This document shows positions 28,908 to 37,499 of a stretch of DNA of 64,000 nucleotides, in pieces. The DNA comes from an uncultured Candidatus Saccharibacteria bacterium (GTDB lineage: Bacteria > Patescibacteriota > Saccharimonadia > Saccharimonadales > AWTP1-31): assembly GCA_964536985.1 (NCBI GenBank), contig CAZIBG010000002.1, positions 18,738 to 82,737 of the forward strand, in the 5' to 3' direction. The translations under genes were made by a program, and so were the position numbers. Under the pieces are notes generated by a model. It made no database searches. It had not been told where the DNA came from and worked only from the letters and a program-made list of their open reading frames with translations. The stretch's first letter is position 1. Every line of letters starts with the position of its first letter.

Positions 28908-30645
28908 TGCTTGCTTGTTGGTAGACGATTGTTATTTTCTTAGGGTTGCTCGGTGTCTTATAGACCCAGAATGGACTATAACTGACCTGCACTTCTTTTA
29001 CGCCAGCACGTGCGTTAATTAGTTGCTGTACTTCGCCCTTCTTCTTGCCAGCTATCTGTGTCTTGAGTGAATCTTGCTCTTCCTGAGCACCCGTACTAAC
29101 AGTAGTTTGGATAGAAAGCTTTTGCTGCGTTGGAGATATCTGGTCAGTGGCCTTTATGACTGCATCATCTAGGCCATCATTACTTATAGTCTGCTCTTTG
29201 GTATCGATCTTCTCTTTTGCGCTATCGACGATTATAGACTTTAGGTCGTCTCGATCAACACCCAGTAGCGTGTAGGTGACGATATTGGTAACGGTGATTT
29301 CGGTTGCTTCTGCTCCAACGGTTGGTGATGCAGTGATATTTGCAGGGGTAACAGTAACGGTTTCAGCAATTGCATAAAGTGAATTATCTTTCAGCTGAGT
29401 TGTTAGCTCTTTAATTGCTGCGTCTTTGCTTTTATCGGTAAGCTTTTGAGTTGCAGCGTCGATATCTTCCTGGCTTACAACGGTAACTTCTTTGTTGGTT
29501 CCGCCAGTCATGGAGCTACTATCGTAACCCGCGACATTACTGAACCCGACTACGCTGAAGGTTCGTCCACCGCTGATATTGTATTGGTCTCCTGAATTCT
29601 GAGCTACAACGTTGATGGTAGCAGTTGTGAATGCCGGGAAATCCTGGTTGTTGCATTTGCTGCCAAAAAGAACTCGGATAAAGGTAACGTCTTTCTGCAA
29701 GATAAAGTTAAGTCCTCCCGAGGTGACTATAGTGCCCGAAGGAACGGTGACCGACTCTTTAGAACAATCGGTTAACCTAAGGCTGACGGTGCCTTTTGCT
29801 TGTTCGCCAACATTCTTTTTGCCGGTGGCTGGAACTTTTTCGGCATCAGTTTTCTTTATGCTCTTAGCGGTTGCTGGAACGATCAGTTTTTCTTTATCTA
29901 TCGCTTTAGCGTCTGTGCTGAGCGTTACGGCTACATCAGTACTGACACTGACGCTATCGGTAATAACGGTTATTTTTGCAGTCGGGAGAACAAAGCTCGA
30001 GACATACCAACCTATGAGTAACAAAACTACGAGTCCGCCGCCTACTAACAATTTAGTTCTGAACTGGTTAAAGTCAGGTATCTTGAGCTTCTTATCTTTT
30101 TTGGAAGCCTTTTTGGCAGCAGCTACAGGCGCGGCGGCTTCGAGTTCGGGCTCGTCATCAATGTCTATAGTTTCCTCGAACTGCTGTGACTTAACTGGTT
30201 TTGCAGCTGCGGCACCGGCAAGCTCACCAACAGCTTTTTTGGTATCAAGTTTTTTATCTTCTACAACGTCGGATTCGATATCGTCATCATCTTCGTCAAT
30301 AGCAGTAATATCGTCTACCGAGTCATCAAGCGCAACGTTATCGGACGGGACGTCAGGAGCGGCAGGTACTGTGGGTTTTGACTGCAAGGTCTTGGCTACG
30401 TGTAGCTTTACTGCCCCTGCAAGCGGTAAAAGGCCAGCCTCTGAGGTTATCAGGACAATCTTCTTTTTGTGTGTATCGCCACTTCGCTTGAGCAGCTTCA
30501 TGTTTACAATGCTCTGTAAAACGCTGGCCCGCTTAGGCAACACTAAAGCAACAATCTTGTGTTTGCTTTGAGACACTTTGTCTATGATGCCGGTGATCTC
30601 GTCATCAATGTCGATATAAATAGTGTCTTTGGTCGCTTCTGCCAC
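28891..30645 (-). CDS. Membrane-anchored hypothetical protein with a baseplate-J-like extracellular region
   Basis: Cytoplasmic N-domain, acidic linker, TM, then 'A.G.V....VP.GT......F...A...G..YN...GG' pattern. Confidence 0.65.
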   Translation of the reverse strand: MAEATKDTIYIDIDDEITGIIDKVSQSKHKIVALVLPKRASVLQSIVNMKLLKRSGDTHKKKIVLITSEAGLLPLAGAVKLHVAKTLQSKPTVPAAPDVPSDNVALDDSVDDITAIDEDDDDIESDVVEDKKLDTKKAVGELAGAAAAKPVKSQQFEETIDIDDEPELEAAAPVAAAKKASKKDKKLKIPDFNQFRTKLLVGGGLVVLLLIGWYVSSFVLPTAKITVITDSVSVSTDVAVTLSTDAKAIDKEKLIVPATAKSIKKTDAEKVPATGKKNVGEQAKGTVSLRLTDCSKESVTVPSGTIVTSGGLNFILQKDVTFIRVLFGSKCNNQDFPAFTTATINVVAQNSGDQYNISGGRTFSVVGFSNVAGYDSSSMTGGTNKEVTVVSQEDIDAATQKLTDKSKDAAIKELTTQLKDNSLYAIAETVTVTPANITASPTVGAEATEITVTNIVTYTLLGVDRDDLKSIIVDSAKEKIDTKEQTISNDGLDDAVIKATDQISPTQQKLSIQTTVSTGAQEEQDSLKTQIAGKKKGEVQQLINARAGVKEVQVSYSPFWVYKTPSNPKKITIVYQQASNGQDK

Positions 30646-30660
30646 GTTGATCCCCTGTCG

Positions 30661-31971
30661 TTATACTCTTAGAATTTTATCAATTTTTTGCCGAAATGAC
30701 CCGTCGTCTTTTATCCCGCCATCTTGTTGCATGGTATCTAGGCCAACTCGCAGTAAGCCCATGGCCGTAATAAAAGTGTGATCGGTGACAGTTCCAGTGT
30801 GATCATCGATGCCCACAACGTGACTTGGCTTGATGTGCTGCACTACCGGCTTACGGGTAAAGGGTAGATCAGCATACCAATTGGACGATTCCAGCTGGTG
30901 CATCAACATATCTAGGCTAGAGCCACCACCACATAGCAGTATCCGTCTGGGCAAGTGATCTAGCTGATCAAACTCACCGAGGGCTAGTTCTACGCCGGCC
31001 GTCCAGACATCTAATGTTTTCTGCAGACTCTTTTCGATCACCGGACGCTTGGATTCAGCAACTTTATGAGTCGATAGGCCAAGTTTAAGTTCTTCTGCCG
31101 AAGCAAAGCTGACACCAAGGTCCTTTTCGATACTACGAGTGTAAGCACGTCCGCCAATACCAAACATTTTGGTTCCTTGGACTCCGCCATCATTAATGAC
31201 AGCAATATCGGTAGTACCACCACCAACATCCATTAAGATGGCGCTCATACTGGCATTGGAGTCGTCGCCAATTACTGATCGAGCTACCGCAAATGGCTCT
31301 GCTGCAACGGCCAACAGATCCAGGTCTAACTCTTTGGCGGTTCGCTCTAAGGCGCCGATATGGATCATTGGAGCAAAGGCGGTGTAAAGCTGGACGACCA
31401 CTTCTTTACCCTTGAATCCAACAGGACTAGTTACGGGATAACCGTCGATCTCGATGTTAACAAGCGCACTATTTACTAAACGAATTTCTACGTCTTTACC
31501 ACCAAGTTCCCATGCCAGTTGCTGTTTGGCTCTCTCGCGAGCACGGCCCTGAACCAGGCCAATAATCTTTTCGACTTCGGCGATATCGAGTTCTTTTTCG
31601 GGGTTCTTGCGGTTACAGTGGACGGTCGTGGTCGTACCCTTAACAAGTTCACCAGCGATACCAATAACCGCCGACTTAGTACTAACGCCAGCCTGTTTTT
31701 CGGCCTGACTTAGAGCATCATCACAATTGGCGACTACCGATTGTATATCAGCGATAGCGCCAGCTTGCATATCACTTAATTCCTGATGGGTACGACCGAC
31801 ACCAACAATATCAATGCCGTCGTCAGTAACCCGGCCTATCAGAGCTTTTACAAATTCAGTACCAATATCAAGGGCGACAAGGTACTTGTCGTCATCGTTC
31901 TTGTTACGGCTAGCTTTGGCAGCAACGGTGTTTTTGAGGGTCTTTATTTTATCTAGCATAAGCTGATTCAT
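30661..31971 (-). CDS. FtsA-like actin-fold ATPase
   Basis: 'ALDIGTE.VKA', 'DVGGGTTDIAV', 'AEELK', 'LCGGGS'. Confidence 0.85.
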   Translation of the reverse strand: MNQLMLDKIKTLKNTVAAKASRNKNDDDKYLVALDIGTEFVKALIGRVTDDGIDIVGVGRTHQELSDMQAGAIADIQSVVANCDDALSQAEKQAGVSTKSAVIGIAGELVKGTTTTVHCNRKNPEKELDIAEVEKIIGLVQGRARERAKQQLAWELGGKDVEIRLVNSALVNIEIDGYPVTSPVGFKGKEVVVQLYTAFAPMIHIGALERTAKELDLDLLAVAAEPFAVARSVIGDDSNASMSAILMDVGGGTTDIAVINDGGVQGTKMFGIGGRAYTRSIEKDLGVSFASAEELKLGLSTHKVAESKRPVIEKSLQKTLDVWTAGVELALGEFDQLDHLPRRILLCGGGSSLDMLMHQLESSNWYADLPFTRKPVVQHIKPSHVVGIDDHTGTVTDHTFITAMGLLRVGLDTMQQDGGIKDDGSFRQKIDKILRV

Positions 31972-32011
31972 TATAGCACTCCTCTCCTTCTCTAAAAAGG
32001 CTTATGGCAAA

Positions 32012-33910
32012 CTAAACAAGTGCTGCCTTGATACGCCTTACACCGGACGAGCTAGCCTCTTCTTTGAGAATCTTGAATTTCTTGCCCTCTTCGAATAACT
32101 GTAGAGAGTGGTCTACGTGTGGACCGCCGCAGATTTCGAAGCTGAATGGCTTTTCGGCTCCATCGGCAATCATCTTATAAACCTTAACCGTGTCGCCATA
32201 GCGATCACCAAATTGACCAAGCGCGCCTAATGGCCCTGTAGCTTCTGCTGTTGGGTACTCTGCCCAGCTAACTTTTAGATCATTTCCGATCTGTTCGTTA
32301 ACAATCGCTTCTACTTGATCGAGTTCTTCACGAGTTACTTTTTGGTCGTGACTAAAGTCAAATCGCAGTCGTTCCTCGGTAATATTACTACCTCGTTGGA
32401 TAACGTGATCGCCGAGTACTTCGCGGAGTGCCTGGTACATAAGGTGTGTTGCCGTGTGATACTTCTTGTGTTGATCCGTTTGGCCACCAAGCCCACCCTT
32501 GAACTGACCCTTGGTAGCCGTCCGCGACATGTCCCGCTGTTTTTTCATATGAGCATCAAATTGCTCACGCCAATCTTCTGCTAGGTCAATCGCCTGCTTT
32601 TCTGCCTCTTCAACACTGAGCTCAACCGGAAAACCATAGGTGTCATATAGCTTAAAGATGAGTTCGCCGTGAATAGATTTGTCTGAGTCCTTGAATAGCT
32701 TTTCAAACTCTCTCAGTCCTTTGGTTAGTGTCTGACGGAATACTTTTTCTTCTTTGCTAAGAGTAGCCATGATTTCGTCTTTTTGAGCTGCAATTTCTGG
32801 AAAATCTTGATGGTATGAATCAAGCACAATAGGAATAGCTAGCTGCATTAGATCTTTTTCAATACCAAGATCAAAGGCGAATCTAATTGCTCGACGCAGT
32901 AGCCGACGCATAACATACCCTTGTTCTTTATTGCTTGGAACAACACCATCAACTGCTAAGAAAACAGCTACACGTAAGTGATCAGCGATAACACGCATGG
33001 CAGCGGTATGGTCGGTATAATCCTTGCCTGTTTCCTTTTGAAGTCCTTCGATTATTGGCCAAAGCAAACTAATTTTAAACATGTCCGGGCTATCGATTGC
33101 AGCAGCGGCAATACGCTCTAGGCCACCACCAAAATCAACGTTCTTGTTTGGTAACTCTTCGAAACCTTTGTCGGTTCGCTTGTAAGTCATAAATACCGAG
33201 TTACCAATTTCCATAAAGCGACCACAGTCACAGTTTGGATGACAATGAGGACCAAAGTCGGTGTTGTGCTCGATCTCGTCGAACATATAAAATACTTCGC
33301 TGTCTGGACCACATGGGTCACCAACAGGAGTGGTCGCTGGCTTTCCGCCTCGGCTCCACCAGTTCTTGGCACCATCATAATAGAAGATACGCTCGCCTTC
33401 GTTGATGCCACGCTTATAGCCGTCTGCTTCTGAGCCAATCATCGCTGGCTGGGCATCGATACCTTTTGCTTTGAAAAGGTCTTGCCAGATTTTAACTGAT
33501 TCATCATCTTTAGGAAGATCGAATTCATCGTCGCCAGCAAAGACCGTTACATAGATTTTATTTGGATCAAGTCCAACTTTTTCGGTCAAGAAGGTGAAGA
33601 ACCATGGCAGTTGCTCGGCCTTAAAATAATCGCCAAAGCTCCAGTTACCAAGCATCTCGAAGAATGTTGTGTGGCGGTTATCGCCAACCTCCTCAATATC
33701 ATCGGCCCGAAAACATGTCTGACTATCAGCCACCCGTGAACCAGCCGGATGAGGCTCGCCTAACAGATACGGAAGTAGTGGCTGCATTCCAGAGCCGGTA
33801 AATAGTGTTGTCGGGTCATTATCGGGTATTAGCTTGGCACGCGGAATGACAACATGTTTGTTTTGTTTGCAAAAATCGAGATAGGCTTTACGGATGTCTT
33901 GAGCGTTCAT
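32012..33910 (-). CDS. alaS: Alanyl-tRNA synthetase (short form, lacks C-Ala domain)
   Basis: 'HTTFFEMLGNWSFGDYFK', 'HTATHL', 'EICGGPHV'. Confidence 0.96.
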   Translation of the reverse strand: MNAQDIRKAYLDFCKQNKHVVIPRAKLIPDNDPTTLFTGSGMQPLLPYLLGEPHPAGSRVADSQTCFRADDIEEVGDNRHTTFFEMLGNWSFGDYFKAEQLPWFFTFLTEKVGLDPNKIYVTVFAGDDEFDLPKDDESVKIWQDLFKAKGIDAQPAMIGSEADGYKRGINEGERIFYYDGAKNWWSRGGKPATTPVGDPCGPDSEVFYMFDEIEHNTDFGPHCHPNCDCGRFMEIGNSVFMTYKRTDKGFEELPNKNVDFGGGLERIAAAAIDSPDMFKISLLWPIIEGLQKETGKDYTDHTAAMRVIADHLRVAVFLAVDGVVPSNKEQGYVMRRLLRRAIRFAFDLGIEKDLMQLAIPIVLDSYHQDFPEIAAQKDEIMATLSKEEKVFRQTLTKGLREFEKLFKDSDKSIHGELIFKLYDTYGFPVELSVEEAEKQAIDLAEDWREQFDAHMKKQRDMSRTATKGQFKGGLGGQTDQHKKYHTATHLMYQALREVLGDHVIQRGSNITEERLRFDFSHDQKVTREELDQVEAIVNEQIGNDLKVSWAEYPTAEATGPLGALGQFGDRYGDTVKVYKMIADGAEKPFSFEICGGPHVDHSLQLFEEGKKFKILKEEASSSGVRRIKAALV

Positions 33911-34035
33911 GCAGCTATTATAACAGAGGTAGCAGCAGACTCAAGTTGTAACTTAGCTCCTGGGCTTGGCATTCCGTAAAAGAATCATGTGACTGGCACG
34001 CACCCTTAGCGTCTATGGGTGGCAGGCACAGTTAC

Positions 34036-34311
34036 TCACTTTGAGGGCGCTGATGTAACTGCAGTCTCGAGGGTAACTACTATTGGCGGTGCGATCACAA
34101 CTTCTGGCTGAGGGTCGGGTATAAGTAACTTAACCGCCAACGCCGTTGCCGTCACAGCCAAGATCGCTAGACCGGAGCCGACCATTGTCGCAATATATTC
34201 CTGATTATCAGTTGTACCTTTATTCGGCTGGAGGGCCCGTTGATTGACAGGTACATGCTCTCCGCGCCGCCAATTAGACATCATCTCGCCACCTCGGCCT
34301 CTGGGCGCCAT
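34036..34311 (-). CDS. Small hypothetical membrane protein (possibly the frameshifted 3' part of the 34378 ORF)
   Basis: TM segment MVGSGLAILAVTATALAV; no RBS of its own. Confidence 0.5.
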   Translation of the reverse strand: MAPRGRGGEMMSNWRRGEHVPVNQRALQPNKGTTDNQEYIATMVGSGLAILAVTATALAVKLLIPDPQPEVVIAPPIVVTLETAVTSAPSK

Positions 34312-34378
34312 TAATTCCTGCAGGTATAGCCACTACACCTAGAGTGACTGGTGTTTCTTGTTGTATTTGTTTGCCCAT
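34274..34378 (-). CDS. 34-aa ORF MGKQIQQETPVTLGVVAIPAGINGAQRPRWRDDV
   Basis: Strong AAGGAG RBS 6 nt before ATG; first ORF downstream of riboswitch D. Confidence 0.5.
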   Translation of the reverse strand: MGKQIQQETPVTLGVVAIPAGINGAQRPRWRDDV

Positions 34379-34456
34379 AATTATCTCCTTCAGAGGTTAT
34401 GGAACTCGTCTCCACAAACTAAAATAAACACCTGGTGGTGTATGAGTTTAAGAGGG

Positions 34457-34541
34457 AGAATTCGTCCCGGTTTCGCTACTTGCTCCCCGTGTATCCAAGC
34501 GACCAGATACAGATATACGGATCATTGCATGACTTTACGTC
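34457..34541 (-). ncRNA. c-di-GMP-II-like riboswitch (copy D); 85-bp direct repeat of 37370-37454
   Basis: GUC-A-UGC-AAUGAU-P3-GUA-UCUGG-UCGC-UU-P3'-GGA-GCA-AGUA-GCGA-AA-CCGG-GAC. Upstream TAGACA-17-TATAGT (34549-34577). Confidence 0.75.
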
Positions 34542-34661
34542 AATATTTACTATATTACTTTTTTGACATATTGTCTATATACTTATTTATACTTTGACTC
34601 GAAGACCCCGTTCCTGAACAATGATTAATACCACCGATGCAACACAAGGTTGATCTTCATG

Positions 34662-35909
34662 CTATTTTTTGGGAATAGTATCGAAGACCAATGCCGCTTC
34701 TGTTGGCGAAACATATTCATCACCCCTGTTGCATACATATACACTTTGACCGATAGGTTCTACTGTGAGCCACTTCGAGATTTTCTTATTCGTAGTGAAT
34801 ATTGCTACCCGGGATGTATCTACATCTGGACTAAGGTCTAGAACGGAACAGTCTACTGGCAGTAAAGCGTTCATTCCTTCTATGCGTCGGGGGGATTTCC
34901 CTCGTAAATCAGACGCCATCAGGCCAAATTTCGCTGCCTCGGATGGAATATTCTGGGGACTAATATACGCAATAGGTTGCTTGCTACCTTGTTCCAGCGG
35001 GTCAAGCCCTGCAATATCAAGATTCTTTTGCTCGTAAAGTTCTTCTGGACTCGGAGAATTCCATTCGCCAATAACACTGATAGCAGCACTCACCCCATCG
35101 GATCCAAGTTCGGTAGAAGCAGGAAGAAATCCACTGTAGCCCGGTACCGGAAGGGTCAGTGCAATAAGCGTGATTCGCGCTGGCGAGATCACACGACCAA
35201 GACCATTGGGTCCTTCTTTAGTAATAGCTTTTCTAAGCACTTGTAGTGCCTGACGACCAAGCTTTTGGCTGGCGTTAAGAAATTTGTACCTCTTGGTGGT
35301 TTCATAAACTGCACGCTCCGTTAAAGATTCGATGTCCTTAGGTGCAAGGTGAGGAGTCTCGCTTTGACGGGCAAGTGTAGCTGGTTCGATTTTAAGTCCT
35401 TTTGCGTAATTCCAGACTGCTTTGGTAGCCTCCCGTAGCACTGATTCCTCAGGCGCTTCGTCTGTATCATGGGAAAGTGAGACGATAGGAGTGTGATCAC
35501 CGACTTGCCGAATCATAAAGCCGGCCCCAAAGTTTCCACGGTCGGTACGACTAAGCAAATACGAGACAACTTTAGCATCTAACTCATCGTAATAGGTGTT
35601 GAGTCGACGAATTATATAGCGAGTACCATCATCGTTACGAACTTCTGGAAACTCTATTTCTTCGTCGCCATCTAGCAGTTGCCTTCGGGCATCCGGGCTA
35701 GCGCTTAAAGCTGCCTGCGCAATATAAGATAGCGCATCAAAAAGACGCCCCGACATATCCGCCATAGGGTCTTTACTGCCCTCAAGCCCAAGAACATTTT
35801 GCCCCTCCGGATAATCACTTAGTGCCAGCATACGAACCGGCTTACGTGGTTCCGGAATGTGATCGACCGTCTGAACGTCGATAATCTGATTACGTTCCAG
35901 ATAAGCCAT
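34662..35909 (-). CDS. Hypothetical protein with a central hydrophobic segment
   Basis: 415-aa ORF, third gene of a tightly coupled operon. Confidence 0.7.
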   Translation of the reverse strand: MAYLERNQIIDVQTVDHIPEPRKPVRMLALSDYPEGQNVLGLEGSKDPMADMSGRLFDALSYIAQAALSASPDARRQLLDGDEEIEFPEVRNDDGTRYIIRRLNTYYDELDAKVVSYLLSRTDRGNFGAGFMIRQVGDHTPIVSLSHDTDEAPEESVLREATKAVWNYAKGLKIEPATLARQSETPHLAPKDIESLTERAVYETTKRYKFLNASQKLGRQALQVLRKAITKEGPNGLGRVISPARITLIALTLPVPGYSGFLPASTELGSDGVSAAISVIGEWNSPSPEELYEQKNLDIAGLDPLEQGSKQPIAYISPQNIPSEAAKFGLMASDLRGKSPRRIEGMNALLPVDCSVLDLSPDVDTSRVAIFTTNKKISKWLTVEPIGQSVYVCNRGDEYVSPTEAALVFDTIPKK

Positions 35910-35911
35910 AG

Positions 35912-36616
35912 CTACTTCTTTTCTACACCTTTGGAGCCAGGTTGTTCTGGCGCTAAACTCTGCTTCTCTACCTCTCGCGCTTTACGATATGTAGTGACTC
36001 GCAAATCACCCACTAATGCACCTACAAAAAGCCCCGTTACAACGCCCAGAGCACTTATCCAACGCTGCTTCTTGTCATTATTATGTGAGACGAGTACATC
36101 CTGCGCAGGCGTAGAAGTCTGCTGAAAAGTCTCGGCAGCACTTAGTCCGTTCAACGCAAGTGTATAGCGTTGGATATAATCATAAATATCTAGTTCTTGT
36201 GTACCGCAAGGCTCCCCGGGATAGGTCTTCAGCATTTCCATTTTTTCCGTATCGGGACTAGATGCCAAAGCGCCTCCCGTCACAACTATCTTCAGTTTTG
36301 CTTCGCATGCCTCCGGTAGTTCGTCTCTTAAATCGTTAAGGGTCCTCGTGGCCCTGCTGACACCTGTTGCCGCCATTTCGTCTTTATCAGCCAGATAATT
36401 CTGCAAAGCAGCAGCCTTTTCGGTGGCAACGTGGCTTGCAATTTCAAAACCTCCAGCACTAAATGCCCCAACGAGAAGTAAACCCGCACCATAACCCCGT
36501 ATATTGGCGCCTATTCTAGTAATGCGATCGAACCGTTGCTCATTAAATACTTCCGTTTCTATTGCGGGCTGCGGAGCGGATACCTCGGTTGTTGCAAGAT
36601 GCTCTAATTGTGGCAT
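35912..36616 (-). CDS. Hypothetical two-TM protein, paralog of 36616-37317
   Basis: Two hydrophobic segments; C..(K)L..PCG motif shared with its neighbour. Confidence 0.7.
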   Translation of the reverse strand: MPQLEHLATTEVSAPQPAIETEVFNEQRFDRITRIGANIRGYGAGLLLVGAFSAGGFEIASHVATEKAAALQNYLADKDEMAATGVSRATRTLNDLRDELPEACEAKLKIVVTGGALASSPDTEKMEMLKTYPGEPCGTQELDIYDYIQRYTLALNGLSAAETFQQTSTPAQDVLVSHNNDKKQRWISALGVVTGLFVGALVGDLRVTTYRKAREVEKQSLAPEQPGSKGVEKK

Positions 36617-37317
36617 TACGCTACCTCTTCCGTTGAGTCTGTTATCTGCAGCATTGGCACTTCCGGCAATGCAACACGATGTGCCGGTATGTAAACTCCG
36701 TTTGTGTTTGTGTGGCCGTTTCTATAATTGCGTCGTGAATCTACAGAAGTTCCTATGCCAATAGCAGCGCCAATTCCAGCGCCAATAAGTGATAATGCTT
36801 GAAGTGCCCCTGTGCTGTGATTTGCTTTTTCATCTGCGGCATCAAAGCTAGCCTCCGCTTCCTTAAGTGCAGAACTTTTCTTGGTATTATCAGCGTCCGC
36901 TGAAAGTAAAGGATGCACTTCGGCACGTACGTCCCTGTCAAACTCCCCACATGGTTTTGATGGCAGGTCAATCATGTCCTCAACAACGGTGTTCTCTGGA
37001 GTCCCAAACAATATTCCACGATCAAGGTATAGTTTTAGCGCCAAAAGACAACCCTCTGATGCATCTTCCCGGGCAGTGTCGTAAACACGGCTGGCAAGCT
37101 CCGCTTTTGGACGAGCAGCATTAAGAGCTTGCTTCGCATTACCTCGTGCCGAGTAATCGTTGCTGCTAGCACCCGCTGATACACCAGCTAAAAATCCACC
37201 CGAGATTAAAGCACCTATAGTGACATGTTTAGCTACAATTTTTGTTTGATCTAGAATAGACCGAGTTCTAGATACCTCATAAAACGGCCGAGCTGGCTCA
37301 GCAATACGGTTTCCCAT
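36616..37317 (-). CDS. Hypothetical two-TM protein
   Basis: GGAG RBS, two Gly-rich TM segments, TAATG overlap with the next gene. Confidence 0.7.
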   Translation of the reverse strand: MGNRIAEPARPFYEVSRTRSILDQTKIVAKHVTIGALISGGFLAGVSAGASSNDYSARGNAKQALNAARPKAELASRVYDTAREDASEGCLLALKLYLDRGILFGTPENTVVEDMIDLPSKPCGEFDRDVRAEVHPLLSADADNTKKSSALKEAEASFDAADEKANHSTGALQALSLIGAGIGAAIGIGTSVDSRRNYRNGHTNTNGVYIPAHRVALPEVPMLQITDSTEEVA

Positions 37318-37369
37318 AGTTAATACTCCAACTAATATTTATTAGTGGGCGAAATATGCAATTATGCAA

Positions 37370-37454
37370 AGAATTCGTCCCGGTTTCGCTACTTGCTCCC
37401 CGTGTATCCAAGCGACCAGATACAGATATACGGATCATTGCATGACTTTACGTC
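37370..37454 (-). ncRNA. c-di-GMP-II-like riboswitch (copy E), identical to copy D
   Basis: 85/85 identical to 34457-34541. Upstream TTGACG-17-TAATAT (37461-37489). Confidence 0.75.
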
Positions 37455-37499
37455 TTGTATATATTACTACTTTATTGATTATTCGTCAATAATTATGCT

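Noticed and set aside
29612-30571. 319-aa plus-strand ORF
   Set aside because: Antisense shadow of the 584-aa gene; Ser/Leu-rich with no recognisable motifs.
28891-30645. Prophage, suggested by the baseplate-J-like domain
   Set aside because: No other phage genes; the protein has a TM segment and sits in a housekeeping operon.
33990-34030. Hairpin CACCC...GGGTG upstream of alaS as a T-box or terminator
   Set aside because: No T-box consensus or U-tract; alaS appears to have its own leaderless promoter.
34358-34597. Plus-strand ORFs over riboswitch copies (also 3804-3986 and 37345-37542)
   Set aside because: Antisense to structured RNA, with no RBS or protein-like features.
34457-37454. 85-bp repeats as IS ends, att sites or CRISPR repeats
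   Set aside because: No transposase, integrase, spacer array or cas genes; the repeat folds as an aptamer and sits in 5' UTR position.
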